From positions 708,291 to 772,290 of the forward strand of contig CBFHKH010000001.1 of assembly GCA_965656375.1 (NCBI GenBank): a stretch of 64,000 nt of DNA, in the 5' to 3' direction. Below the pieces are notes generated by a model that did no database searches, was not told where the DNA came from, and saw nothing but the letters and a program-made list of their open reading frames with translations. Below are positions 30,594-39,957 of the stretch, one piece after another. This DNA comes from Minisyncoccia bacterium. Its GTDB lineage: Bacteria; Patescibacteriota; Minisyncoccia; Phycocordibacterales; UBA9973. The position numbers were made by a program, and so were the translations under genes. The stretch's first letter is position 1. Each line of letters begins with the position of its first letter.

Positions 30594-31715
30594 ATGAAAT
30601 CAATCAAAGATATCGAAGACTTGAAGGGGAGACGTGTGCTTGTGCGTGTAGATTTTAATGTGCCAGTTACAGATGGTAAAGTTTTGAGCGACTTTCGTAT
30701 TAAGAAAGCTCTCCCAACGATAGAATATTTGCACAAAAAAGGTGCGACAGTAATACTCCTCTCCCACATTGGAGATGAGGGTACAGAGAGTTTGAAACCA
30801 GTCGCAGATGTACTCAAGAAGCACATACCAAATCTAAATTTTATTAAAACTTCTATATTTTCAGATGAAACTGAGGAAGTTTTAAAAAATTTGAAGAAAG
30901 GAAGTGTAGTGCTCCTGGAGAATCTTCGCCGCGAACCTGGGGAAAAGAAGAACGCTCCGTCATTCGCGCGCGCGCTGTCACGTTTTGGCACAGTCTACGT
31001 GAACGACGCGTTTTCAAACTCTCATCGCCCACATGCATCTATGATTGGAATTACAAAATATCTTCCTGGGTATGCGGGGTTTCAGCTTGAAGAAGAAGTT
31101 AAAAATCTTTCCCAAGCGTTTACGCCAGCTCATCCTTTCCTTTTTATACTCGGTGGAGCAAAATTCAGTACGAAGATCCCTCTCATAAAGAAATTCGTAC
31201 GCGACGCTGACACGGTCTTTATAGGCGGTGCGATTGCGAATGACTTTTTCAGAGCACGAGGATACGAAGTAGGAACATCCCTTGTAGAGGATGGTGATTT
31301 TCAGATACCTGCTCTTATGAAGCACAAAAACCTTATTCTTCCTTCTGATGTTGAAGTTCAAAAAGGTAAAAAGTATCGCTTCACAAAACCAGATGCAGTG
31401 TCGAACGATGAAACCATTGTTGATATTGGACCAGAGAGTACAGAATTACTCAAGGGTTTGATAGAGAAAGCAAAATTTATTCTCTGGAATGGACCGATTA
31501 CTAAGTTTGGCATTGCATCTGGCGAGTCTACAAAATCAATACTTAAATATATTGCAAAGTCTAATGCTCGCAGTATCATTGGCGGAGGAGATACGGTTGC
31601 GTACATCACGAAATTAAAGCTTGAGGACAAGCTTGGCTTTATCTCGACTGGCGGTGGCGCAACGCTTGATTTCCTCGCAAAAGGCACACTTCCTGCTATT
31701 AAGGTTTTGAAGTAA
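30594..31715 (+). CDS. pgk: Phosphoglycerate kinase
   Basis: RVDFNVP, LLENLR, VNDAF, WNGP, GGGDT, ISTGGGA; start at MKSIKD. Confidence 0.97.
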   Translation: MKSIKDIEDLKGRRVLVRVDFNVPVTDGKVLSDFRIKKALPTIEYLHKKGATVILLSHIGDEGTESLKPVADVLKKHIPNLNFIKTSIFSDETEEVLKNLKKGSVVLLENLRREPGEKKNAPSFARALSRFGTVYVNDAFSNSHRPHASMIGITKYLPGYAGFQLEEEVKNLSQAFTPAHPFLFILGGAKFSTKIPLIKKFVRDADTVFIGGAIANDFFRARGYEVGTSLVEDGDFQIPALMKHKNLILPSDVEVQKGKKYRFTKPDAVSNDETIVDIGPESTELLKGLIEKAKFILWNGPITKFGIASGESTKSILKYIAKSNARSIIGGGDTVAYITKLKLEDKLGFISTGGGATLDFLAKGTLPAIKVLK

Positions 31716-31725
31716 TATAGGGGAT

Positions 31726-33378
31726 ATGCCAAAACCTGCTGAACTCTTGGAATTGTTATTGAAAAATAGAGGAATCGCTCTTGAAAATCAAGAGCGATTC
31801 TTGAATCCTCTCTACGAACACCTGTATGACCCATATCTACTCAAGGATATGGAAAAATCTGTCGTACGGATTTTCGAAGCCACTGAAGGTAATGAGAAGA
31901 TTGTAATCTATAGTGACTACGACTGCGACGGTATTCCTGCTGCGGTTATTATGCATGATTTTTTTACGAAGATTGGATACGATAATTTCTCTATCTATAT
32001 CCCTGATCGTCATGACGAAGGGTATGGTTTGCACGCCGATGCAATAGATCAATTTATCAAAGACGGTGTAAAGCTTTTGATAACGTTTGACCTCGGTATT
32101 ACTGCAATACATGAAGTCGCTCAAGCACAGAGTGCGGGTATTGATGTTATCATTACTGATCACCACGTACCGCATGAAGAAACCCCTCGGGCGTATGCAA
32201 TTATTAATCCAAAACAAGAAGGATGCGACTATCCAGATAAAATGCTCTGTGGTGCAGGGATCGCGTTTAAGCTTGTGCAAGCACTTATTAGTAAATATGG
32301 AGAGTATTGGAAAATACCGAACGGTTGGGAGAAATGGCTGCTTGATATGGCAGGTCTTGCAACGCTTGCTGATCAGGTTCCACTTACGGGAGAGAATCGC
32401 GTGCTTGCGTACTATGGGCTCAAGGTTTTGCAAAAAGCTCGCAGACCGGGACTGGCTGAACTTTTTCGTAAAGCAGGCGTAGATGTAACCAAACTGTGCG
32501 AAGAAGATGTGACATTTACTCTGGCACCGAGGCTCAACGCTGCATCACGCATGGCGAGCCCGATGCGAGCATTCGAAGTACTGGCGACGACTGATAGTGT
32601 AGAAGCGAAAACTCTGGCAGATCATCTTTCGAAGATCAACGATGAACGTAAATCGATCGTAGCGCACATCATGAAAGATGTGAAAAAGACTCTTGGGAAG
32701 AGAGAAGAGAAACCGGTTATCGTCATTGGTAATCCAAATTGGCGGGTAGGAATACTTGGACTTGTCGCTTCAAAAATTGCCGAAGAATACAAGAAACCTG
32801 TATTCGTATGGGGATCCGAGGGAAGCGATACTATTCGTGGTTCATGCAGAGCATGGGGGAGTAGTAATCTCGTAGAAGTAATGGCGAAGCTTCCGGAGAA
32901 TAGTCTGCTTGATTTTGGTGGACATGTTTCAGCCGGAGGATTCTCCGTGTCGCACGAGGAGATTCATTTCTTAGAAGAGCGACTGCTTACTGTATTTGAC
33001 GGGATCACAGATACGAAGGAGAATAGTAACGTAGATAATATAGACGCGATTATTTCTATGGATGATGTGACGACAGAAAACTATGTTGTTATAGAAAAAC
33101 TTGCGCCATATGGTACAGGGAATCCAAAGCCTGTGTTTATGTTCAAGGATGTACCCATAACAGAGGCAAAAGAATTCGGCAAAGAAAAGAATCATTTAGA
33201 ATTGATATTTTTAAATACAAAAAGTCGCCCAGTCAAAGCGATTGCATTCTTTAAAACTCGTGAGAGTTTCAATCGATCAATCTCTGCCGGTGAACGCATA
33301 AATCTCACTGCTACATTTGAGAAAAGCACCTTCGCCGGCCGCACAGAGCTCAGATTGCGGATTGTTGATATACTATAA
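31726..33378 (+). CDS. recJ: ssDNA exonuclease RecJ
   Basis: DYDCDG, ITDHH, PRLNAASR, GGH, PYGTGNPKP. Confidence 0.95.
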   Translation: MPKPAELLELLLKNRGIALENQERFLNPLYEHLYDPYLLKDMEKSVVRIFEATEGNEKIVIYSDYDCDGIPAAVIMHDFFTKIGYDNFSIYIPDRHDEGYGLHADAIDQFIKDGVKLLITFDLGITAIHEVAQAQSAGIDVIITDHHVPHEETPRAYAIINPKQEGCDYPDKMLCGAGIAFKLVQALISKYGEYWKIPNGWEKWLLDMAGLATLADQVPLTGENRVLAYYGLKVLQKARRPGLAELFRKAGVDVTKLCEEDVTFTLAPRLNAASRMASPMRAFEVLATTDSVEAKTLADHLSKINDERKSIVAHIMKDVKKTLGKREEKPVIVIGNPNWRVGILGLVASKIAEEYKKPVFVWGSEGSDTIRGSCRAWGSSNLVEVMAKLPENSLLDFGGHVSAGGFSVSHEEIHFLEERLLTVFDGITDTKENSNVDNIDAIISMDDVTTENYVVIEKLAPYGTGNPKPVFMFKDVPITEAKEFGKEKNHLELIFLNTKSRPVKAIAFFKTRESFNRSISAGERINLTATFEKSTFAGRTELRLRIVDIL

Positions 33379-33381
33379 AAT

Positions 33382-33849
33382 ATGCGAAACACTATCGAAA
33401 TATATACAGACGGGTCGTCGCTCGGGAATCCTGGTCCAGGGGGCTGGGGAGTTGTGATTGTAAATGGAGAAAAAATTATTCACGAGATTGGTGGGTACGA
33501 GAAAGAGACGACAAATAATCGCATGGAACTCATGGCTGTCATCGAATCACTCAAATATATTCTAAAAGTGTATGCAAATGATACTGTGATAATTCATGCT
33601 GATTCAACATACACCCTCGGCGGGGTGACTACATGGATACACAACTGGGAGAAGAATGGTTGGCGAACTGCAAATAAAAAAGAAGTTTTAAATCAAGATC
33701 TCTGGAAGGAACTCATTACTCTCGTCCGAGAGTTTAAAGGGAATCTCACATGGAACAAAGTAAAAGGTCACTCTGACCATATCTATAATGATCGCGCAGA
33801 TAAAATTGCTACACAATGCTCTTCGCTTCAAGATAGCTATGCTTTATAA
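33382..33849 (+). CDS. rnhA: Ribonuclease HI
   Basis: YTDGSSLGNPGPGGWG, TTNNRMEL, NQDLW, VKGH, NDRAD. Confidence 0.96.
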   Translation: MRNTIEIYTDGSSLGNPGPGGWGVVIVNGEKIIHEIGGYEKETTNNRMELMAVIESLKYILKVYANDTVIIHADSTYTLGGVTTWIHNWEKNGWRTANKKEVLNQDLWKELITLVREFKGNLTWNKVKGHSDHIYNDRADKIATQCSSLQDSYAL

Positions 33850-33967
33850 AGCACGAATAATTTTCTGGTGAAAATTTTCTCTGCTCGTCGCTCAAGAAAA
33901 TAATAGCAGGAATACCTGCTTTATTTTCTAAACTCCTGCGCAAGGCTTTCTAAAGCATAGCTATCTT
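33830..33967. repeat. Dispersed structured element, copy 2
   Basis: 23-bp inverted repeat with one mismatch (33830-33852/33945-33967) around the 92-nt core. Confidence 0.9.
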
Positions 33968-34023
33968 TCGCTCGAAAAACTTTTAATTTTTATATTTATT
34001 TTATTTCTCTCTTTTATACTAGA

Positions 34024-35331
34024 GTGGTGATTTCAAAGAAAGAAATCTGTATACTCGGTATCTTTCTCGTGATTGCGCTTGTGCGCTTTTTCTTTTTTAT
34101 GCCAGAGGCACCAGCGTATGATGATGCAATAGGGGAGAATGTACTCGTTGAAGGTGAAGTAGTAGAACCACCTGATATACGAGTATACAATCAACGTTTG
34201 ACTGTGAAGCCTCGCAACCAGGACACCATTATTCTCGCTGTTGCATCTAAAGACACTGACGTGTCATATGGCGATATCGTTCATGTAGGAGGGATTCTCG
34301 AAGTACCAGAAAACTTTATGACATCGTCAGGAAAAGAGTTTAACTACAAAAGATATCTTGCGAACCAAAATATCTATTTTATTATTAACAAGGCAACTAT
34401 AGAAGTTATTAGAGAAGCTAACGGCAGGAAAATAAAGTCACTTCTCTTTAGATTCAGGAATGCGTATATAAAAAACATTCGGGAAGTTATTCCACCGCCT
34501 GCGAGTGACCTTTCGAATGGTCTCATCTTGGGTGTTCGTGGTGGATTTGATACAACAGTGCGCGATGAATTCATCTCCACTGGCACGATCCATATCATTG
34601 CACTCTCTGGGTACAATGTGACTATCGTTGCTGAAAGTGTGATGAAAATACTCGGGCTCATTTTTGCGCACGTAGTAGGTATCATACTCGGCATGATGGT
34701 CATTGTGCTTTTTGTAGTTCTTTCAGGTGGGTCTGCGACTGCAGTGCGGGCGGGGATCATGGCTGTGATTATACTCCTTGCTCGACTGACAGGCCGCACA
34801 TATGATGCAGGTCGGGCGCTTGTCATTGCAGCACTTTTGATGATTACATATGATCCGCGGGTAATAACTGATATTTCTTTTCAGTTTTCATTTATTGCAA
34901 CTTTTGGTGTATTGTTTCTAACCCCAAAAGTTATAGAGTGGGTGAGATTTATTCCAATCAAATTTGGTTTTCGAGAAGTAGTAGCGACGACACTTGCTGC
35001 CACAATCACAGTTTTGCCGATACTTCTCTATACGACAGGAATTCTTTCTATTGTGTCACTTCCGGCAAATATCTTAATCCTTCCGCTCATACCACTTACT
35101 ATGTTTTTTAGTTTTCTTACCGGAATAGCAGGATTTATATCGCCTGTACTTGCACTCCCATTTGCATATGTTGCTGATTTCCTCCTTTCATACATTCTCT
35201 CTGTTATTCATTTCTTTGCTTCACTCCCATTTGCAAGTGTAACCATACAATCATTCCCACTCATAATAACTCTCATACTTTACGTACTTATTCTCTGGTG
35301 GGTATTTAAGAAACAAAAAGCCATCGGCTAG
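34024..35331 (+). CDS. comEC: ComEC/Rec2 competence protein, membrane domain
   Basis: FNYKRYL, GTIHIIALSGYNV, VRAGIM, SFQFSFIAT, SLPANIL. Confidence 0.9.
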   Translation: MVISKKEICILGIFLVIALVRFFFFMPEAPAYDDAIGENVLVEGEVVEPPDIRVYNQRLTVKPRNQDTIILAVASKDTDVSYGDIVHVGGILEVPENFMTSSGKEFNYKRYLANQNIYFIINKATIEVIREANGRKIKSLLFRFRNAYIKNIREVIPPPASDLSNGLILGVRGGFDTTVRDEFISTGTIHIIALSGYNVTIVAESVMKILGLIFAHVVGIILGMMVIVLFVVLSGGSATAVRAGIMAVIILLARLTGRTYDAGRALVIAALLMITYDPRVITDISFQFSFIATFGVLFLTPKVIEWVRFIPIKFGFREVVATTLAATITVLPILLYTTGILSIVSLPANILILPLIPLTMFFSFLTGIAGFISPVLALPFAYVADFLLSYILSVIHFFASLPFASVTIQSFPLIITLILYVLILWWVFKKQKAIG

Positions 35332-35351
35332 CCGATGGCTTTTTGTTTCTT
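35308..35351. terminator. Bidirectional terminator
   Basis: Palindrome AAGAAACAAAAAGCCATCGGCTAGCCGATGGCTTTTTGTTTCTT between convergent comEC and sod. Confidence 0.85.
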
Positions 35352-35352
35352 G

Positions 35353-35946
35353 TTATTGTGCGTTTTTGAAATTCTCTTCAATAACCTCCCAGTTGAGATT
35401 TGCAAAAAATGCATCTATGTATTTCTTCTTCTCACTTGTTGGATAGTCATAAACATATGCGTGCTCCCACATATCGATACCGAGGATCCATGAGAGACCA
35501 TTGAGCTGACCCATATGCTGCTCGTCTATCCATGCAGGAATAAGTTGCTTTGATTCTTTGTCCCAGTAAATAACTGCCCAGCCGACTCCGCGAGTCATTG
35601 CGAGATGCGTGAATCCACCAAGCCATGCCTCTACTGATCCCGCTTGTTTCTCCATTTCTTTTTTAAACACTGACCCTGCTGGAAGTTCTTTTGGTCCACC
35701 ACTGAGTGACTCGAAGTATTTCTCATGATTGCGCATGCCGTTAAATTCAAATCCGACTCGACGCATCAACTCTCCGACGATGTAAATATTTTTTTCTGGA
35801 TCAGCCATGAGTTCGCCTACTTTCTCAAATATCAGGTTCGTGTTTTTTACATATCCAGCATAGAGCTTTAGATGCTCTTCGATGTTTTTCGCGCTAATTC
35901 CTTTGAGTATTCCAATATTGAACTTTTTTTCATTGAATTTTTCCAT
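35353..35946 (-). CDS. Fe/Mn superoxide dismutase
   Basis: EHLKLYAGYV, NGMRNHEKYF, GVGWA, DMWEHAY. Confidence 0.9.
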   Translation of the reverse strand: MEKFNEKKFNIGILKGISAKNIEEHLKLYAGYVKNTNLIFEKVGELMADPEKNIYIVGELMRRVGFEFNGMRNHEKYFESLSGGPKELPAGSVFKKEMEKQAGSVEAWLGGFTHLAMTRGVGWAVIYWDKESKQLIPAWIDEQHMGQLNGLSWILGIDMWEHAYVYDYPTSEKKKYIDAFFANLNWEVIEENFKNAQ

Positions 35947-35958
35947 ATATGTAATTAA

Positions 35959-36049
35959 GCAAAGCTTTTCAAGAAAAAATGTCTGGCCTCGCTCCGTTCA
36001 AGAATTTTGTGCGAGGAGATCCGAGGACTTTTTTATTGATAAGGTTTGC
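35959..36049. repeat. Imperfect long inverted repeat
   Basis: GCAAAGCTTTTCAAGAAAAAATGTC / GACTTTTTTATTGATAAGGTTTGC with inner CCTCGC/GCGAGG stem. Confidence 0.6.
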
Positions 36050-36084
36050 GATATTAATACTAATGCTACAATAATAATTATATC

Positions 36085-36951
36085 ATGGAACGTTTGAGGA
36101 AATATCTGCCGTATATATTGATCGCTTTTATCTGTATCCTCGCGATCTGTATTTGGTATACCATCTATACTCGGGAACAGAACAGATATCTTAAAGTTGC
36201 ATTCCTCGATGTAGGGCAAGGAGACTCGATCTATATCGAAGCACCAAATGGTACCCAGATGCTTATTGATGGTGGGCCGGATGATACGGTTCTTCCGCGT
36301 CTGTCTCGGGTGATGCCATGGGGTGATCGATCTATTGATGTAATTTTGGCTACGCATCCTGATGCTGATCATATTGGCGGACTTGCAAGCGTTCTCGAAC
36401 GCTATCGCGTACCCCGGATTATTGTAAATGGAGGAGAAGTACAGACAAAAATATTTGATCGCCTCGAAAATGCGATAGAGAAAAACAATATAGAAACTAT
36501 CACTGCACGTCGCGGTATGCATATACTCCTTGATAAAGAAAAAAATATTTATTTTGATATTTTGTTTCCTGATCGGGATGTATCGGGATGGAAAGAAACA
36601 AATGACGGCTCGATAGTAGGGAAGCTTGTCTATGGAGATGAATCATTCATGTTCACCGGCGATGCAACATTCTATACAGAAAATCTGATTATGCAGAATG
36701 AAAATCCTGACACGCTTGAGGCTGATGTCCTTAAACTAGGTCATCATGGATCTCATACATCATCGAGTTTATTGTGGCTCGAGAAAGTCCACCCTGAGAT
36801 TGCCATCATTTCTGCTGGTAAAAATAATCGGTATGGTCACCCACACCAGGATGTACTCGATCGATTGTTGCAATTACGTATTCCATACCTCACTACGTAC
36901 GAGCATAATACAGTGCTTCTTAAAACAGATGGAATAAAAATATTTGAATAG
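36085..36951 (+). CDS. ComEC-type metallo-beta-lactamase-fold protein
   Basis: FLDVGQGDS, THPDADHIGG, FTGDA, GHHGS, NRYGHPH. Confidence 0.92.
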   Translation: MERLRKYLPYILIAFICILAICIWYTIYTREQNRYLKVAFLDVGQGDSIYIEAPNGTQMLIDGGPDDTVLPRLSRVMPWGDRSIDVILATHPDADHIGGLASVLERYRVPRIIVNGGEVQTKIFDRLENAIEKNNIETITARRGMHILLDKEKNIYFDILFPDRDVSGWKETNDGSIVGKLVYGDESFMFTGDATFYTENLIMQNENPDTLEADVLKLGHHGSHTSSSLLWLEKVHPEIAIISAGKNNRYGHPHQDVLDRLLQLRIPYLTTYEHNTVLLKTDGIKIFE

Positions 36952-36959
36952 ATGCTTCA

Positions 36960-37023
36960 TCAAAGAATACATTTGAAAGGTCCTCGGGTAGGGTCACCAG
37001 ACCATTTCAAATGTATTCTTTGA
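36960..37023. repeat. Long hairpin with 19-bp perfect stem
   Basis: TCAAAGAATACATTTGAAA / TTTCAAATGTATTCTTTGA plus GGTC/GACC. Confidence 0.75.
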
Positions 37024-37052
37024 CTACGCATTCGTTATTATGACTATATAAA

Positions 37053-37082
37053 ATAAAATCCTCACACTAGTGAGGATTTTAT
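37053..37082 (-). terminator. Terminator after rpmB
   Basis: ATAAAATCCTCAC-acta-GTGAGGATTTTAT. Confidence 0.7.
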
Positions 37083-37324
37083 TTTATGATTCCAGCTTTC
37101 TTGAGGACTGTATATGCACCATGTTTGTTGATAGTTTTGATTGCCTGGGTTGAGATTGTGAGTGGGAAGTATTTCTTAAGCTCTGGCACATAAACACGCT
37201 TTTTCTGAAGGTTCGGATACTTGCGGACCATGCCAGTTGGGTTGAATTTAGTAGCACGAACTACGTTTGAGTAGCCGCCTGCCATCCGAGAGCCCTTTTT
37301 AGTTATTTCGCATACTTTCGCCAT
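37079..37324 (-). CDS. rpmB: 50S ribosomal protein L28
   Basis: MAKVCEITKK...RKYPNLQKKR...STQAIKTI. Confidence 0.9.
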   Translation of the reverse strand: MAKVCEITKKGSRMAGGYSNVVRATKFNPTGMVRKYPNLQKKRVYVPELKKYFPLTISTQAIKTINKHGAYTVLKKAGIIK

Positions 37325-37358
37325 ATGTGACCCCTATGCTATCATAGAGAGCATACAT

Positions 37359-38003
37359 ATGCAAGCCATTGACGGAATCTTCTATGTCGCGATACTCATC
37401 ATGTCTGTAGTGGTCCATGAATTTGCTCATGGATACACAGCCTATCTTCTTGGCGACGATACTGCGAGGTTGAAGGGTCGCCTGACACTGAATCCTCTCA
37501 AACATTTGGATATATTCGGCTCAGTCTTACTCCCGCTCCTTCTTATCATTTCAAAAGCAGGATTTCTCATCGGATGGGCGCGACCAGTGCCATACAATCC
37601 CAATAATCTTCGAAATGGCCAGAAGGGAACGGTTCTCGTAGCTGTCGCTGGTATCCTTGCCAACATTCTCCTTGCTTGTATCTTTGGGCTTTTGATTCGT
37701 TTTGCGCCATATCTTGGCCTTCCTCCCTACAGCATGGATCCATTGCTGCTCCATCCGTTTTATAAAATAACTACAATAATCGTCTTCACTAATTTAGTCC
37801 TCGCGCTCTTTAACTTGATCCCAATCCCACCACTTGATGGCTCCAAGATCCTATTCTCATTGCTTCCGAATTCGCTTCGTGATATCGAGAACTTCCTTGA
37901 GCGATGGGGAATGTTCGTACTCCTATTCTTTATCATATTTATCTGGGGATATTTCTCACCACTTATATATCTTGCCTTCTCTTTACTCACAGGCATTAGA
38001 TAG
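37359..38003 (+). CDS. Site-2 protease (M50) family
   Basis: HEFAH, GRLTLNPLKHLD, FNLIPIPPLDGSK. Confidence 0.93.
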   Translation: MQAIDGIFYVAILIMSVVVHEFAHGYTAYLLGDDTARLKGRLTLNPLKHLDIFGSVLLPLLLIISKAGFLIGWARPVPYNPNNLRNGQKGTVLVAVAGILANILLACIFGLLIRFAPYLGLPPYSMDPLLLHPFYKITTIIVFTNLVLALFNLIPIPPLDGSKILFSLLPNSLRDIENFLERWGMFVLLFFIIFIWGYFSPLIYLAFSLLTGIR

Positions 38004-38037
38004 TCCTTGCATGTTTTCTGTTGTATACTAGAGGTAT

Positions 38038-39945
38038 ATGACACGAACATCCCCTCAAAAAATCGTTTCTCGCCGTTCAATGTTTATCACAGGGGGGTTC
38101 TTTATTGCGCTCTCTCTCGCATATATCTCTGCCTTTGCAAATCCACCCGGTTCTCCATATCAGGCTGGTGCCACGCTTGATCCTACATGTGCCCCGGGAG
38201 ATACCAACTGTTTCGTACAGATCATTCCTGATCAGACAGGCCATGCGGGAGAATATCTAACTACTGATGGTAGTGTGATGAGTTGGGCGAGTGTGACCGT
38301 ATCGCCAAATTTGCAGCAGGTGACTACTGCAGGAAATACCACCGATACGGATATTGTAATAGCTGACTCTGGTGGCGGCGACAAATTTTTCAGTATTAAG
38401 CCTGTAGGTACTACTTACCCCGTTATTTCATTGCGAGGAAGCACGATACAAGGAGGAACACTGATACTCTCTGATGGATTGGATACATATAGAAGCTTCA
38501 TAGGAACAGCAATATTGTCAGCCAATCAAACTATTAATTTCCCAAATGCAAGCGGCACGGTAGCTCTTTTGTCTACTACATGGGGTCTACAAGGTAATGC
38601 AGGTACCATTCCAGGAACTGATTTCATTGGAACTACTGATAATGTTGATTTAGTCCTAAAAAGAAATAATGTTGAAACATTTAGGTTGAGAGATAACTAT
38701 GCAGTTCAGATGGGATCTAGTACTACTGCATCAGGCCCCAAGTCTTTATCTATAGGTGAAAATACACTCGCTTCTGGAGATATTTCAGTAGCAATGGGAT
38801 TTGGTTCAGTTTCATCAGGTGCCGTTTCTGCTGCTTTTGGAACAAGCACAGCTTCAGGCACCACTTCTATTGCAATGGGGGCAGGAACAACTGCATCAGG
38901 AAATTATTCGACATCAATAGGTGTTTCATCAATAGCATCTGGAGAAATATCTTCTGCGTTAGGGTATTTTACAGAATCAAAATCATATGGAGGTACGGTG
39001 GTAGGAATTTTTAATGATTCAACCAATGCTGCATCACCTACTAGTACTAATCCTTTAAATAGAATATTTCAAATTGGTAATGGTACAGCGAACAATGCTC
39101 GGTCAAATGCAATGACGGTATTAGGTAACGGTAATATCGGTATTGGCAATCTCACCCCCGGCTTCCTCCTCCACGTAGGCTCCTCATCCATCACTGACGG
39201 CACCACACTCATGAGATTACAAGACACAAACTCAGTCTGTGACTTCAATGCAAACACTGGAGCCCCAACCTGCGGTTCAGACCTCACCCTCAAGAAAGAT
39301 GTTACCTCACTCTCAACATCAGATCTCCTTTCCAAGATCTCATCCCTCAACCCCGTCTCATACCACTGGCTCACTGAAGGCACATCCGCACCACTCCAGT
39401 ACGGATTCATCGCTCAAGAAGTCGCTACTCAATTCCCAGACCTCGTTACAGATCATACCTGGATCGATGGCACCACCCGCAAGTTCTTAAACATGAGTGG
39501 TCTCATGCCATATGTGGTGGGTGCGGTGAGGGAGATGAATATTAAACTGAGTGGTATAAGCGATATATCTACACCAAATCCATGGCGCGATGTTCTTACT
39601 GCATGGCTTTCAAATGCGACGAATCGCATCAGTCGTATATTCACCGGAGAGATTTGCCTCACTGATCCGGATGGAAGTTCTGAATGTATTACGAAAAGCG
39701 AACTTCATCAATTGAAGCAATTGCTCAACCAAACTCCACCACCTTCTGGCGGCGGCGGTGGAGGTGGAGACACCCCACCCGCTACAGATACCTGCCCTAA
39801 TATCGATGGTGATCAGGCACAAATTCCGGAAGGATATCATCTCGATGGAAGCACGTGTGTAGAAGATCAAGTCACTCCACCAACTGATGGAGGTACAGAA
39901 GGAACCGATGTTCCACCGGTGGAGATTCCGGCAGGATCAAATTAA
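38038..39945 (+). CDS. Secreted adhesin/tail-fibre-like protein with YadA-head-like repeats and S74-type chaperone domain
   Basis: Signal/TM; 14-aa repeats like ASGDISVAMG; SDLTLKKDV...LNPVSYHW...GFIAQEV...FPDLV. Confidence 0.8.
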   Translation: MTRTSPQKIVSRRSMFITGGFFIALSLAYISAFANPPGSPYQAGATLDPTCAPGDTNCFVQIIPDQTGHAGEYLTTDGSVMSWASVTVSPNLQQVTTAGNTTDTDIVIADSGGGDKFFSIKPVGTTYPVISLRGSTIQGGTLILSDGLDTYRSFIGTAILSANQTINFPNASGTVALLSTTWGLQGNAGTIPGTDFIGTTDNVDLVLKRNNVETFRLRDNYAVQMGSSTTASGPKSLSIGENTLASGDISVAMGFGSVSSGAVSAAFGTSTASGTTSIAMGAGTTASGNYSTSIGVSSIASGEISSALGYFTESKSYGGTVVGIFNDSTNAASPTSTNPLNRIFQIGNGTANNARSNAMTVLGNGNIGIGNLTPGFLLHVGSSSITDGTTLMRLQDTNSVCDFNANTGAPTCGSDLTLKKDVTSLSTSDLLSKISSLNPVSYHWLTEGTSAPLQYGFIAQEVATQFPDLVTDHTWIDGTTRKFLNMSGLMPYVVGAVREMNIKLSGISDISTPNPWRDVLTAWLSNATNRISRIFTGEICLTDPDGSSECITKSELHQLKQLLNQTPPPSGGGGGGGDTPPATDTCPNIDGDQAQIPEGYHLDGSTCVEDQVTPPTDGGTEGTDVPPVEIPAGSN

Positions 39946-39957
39946 TTTTTATAGCGT

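Noticed and set aside
38038-39945. Prophage remnant suggested by the tailspike chaperone domain
   Set aside because: The gene has a signal/TM segment and housekeeping neighbours; no other phage genes.
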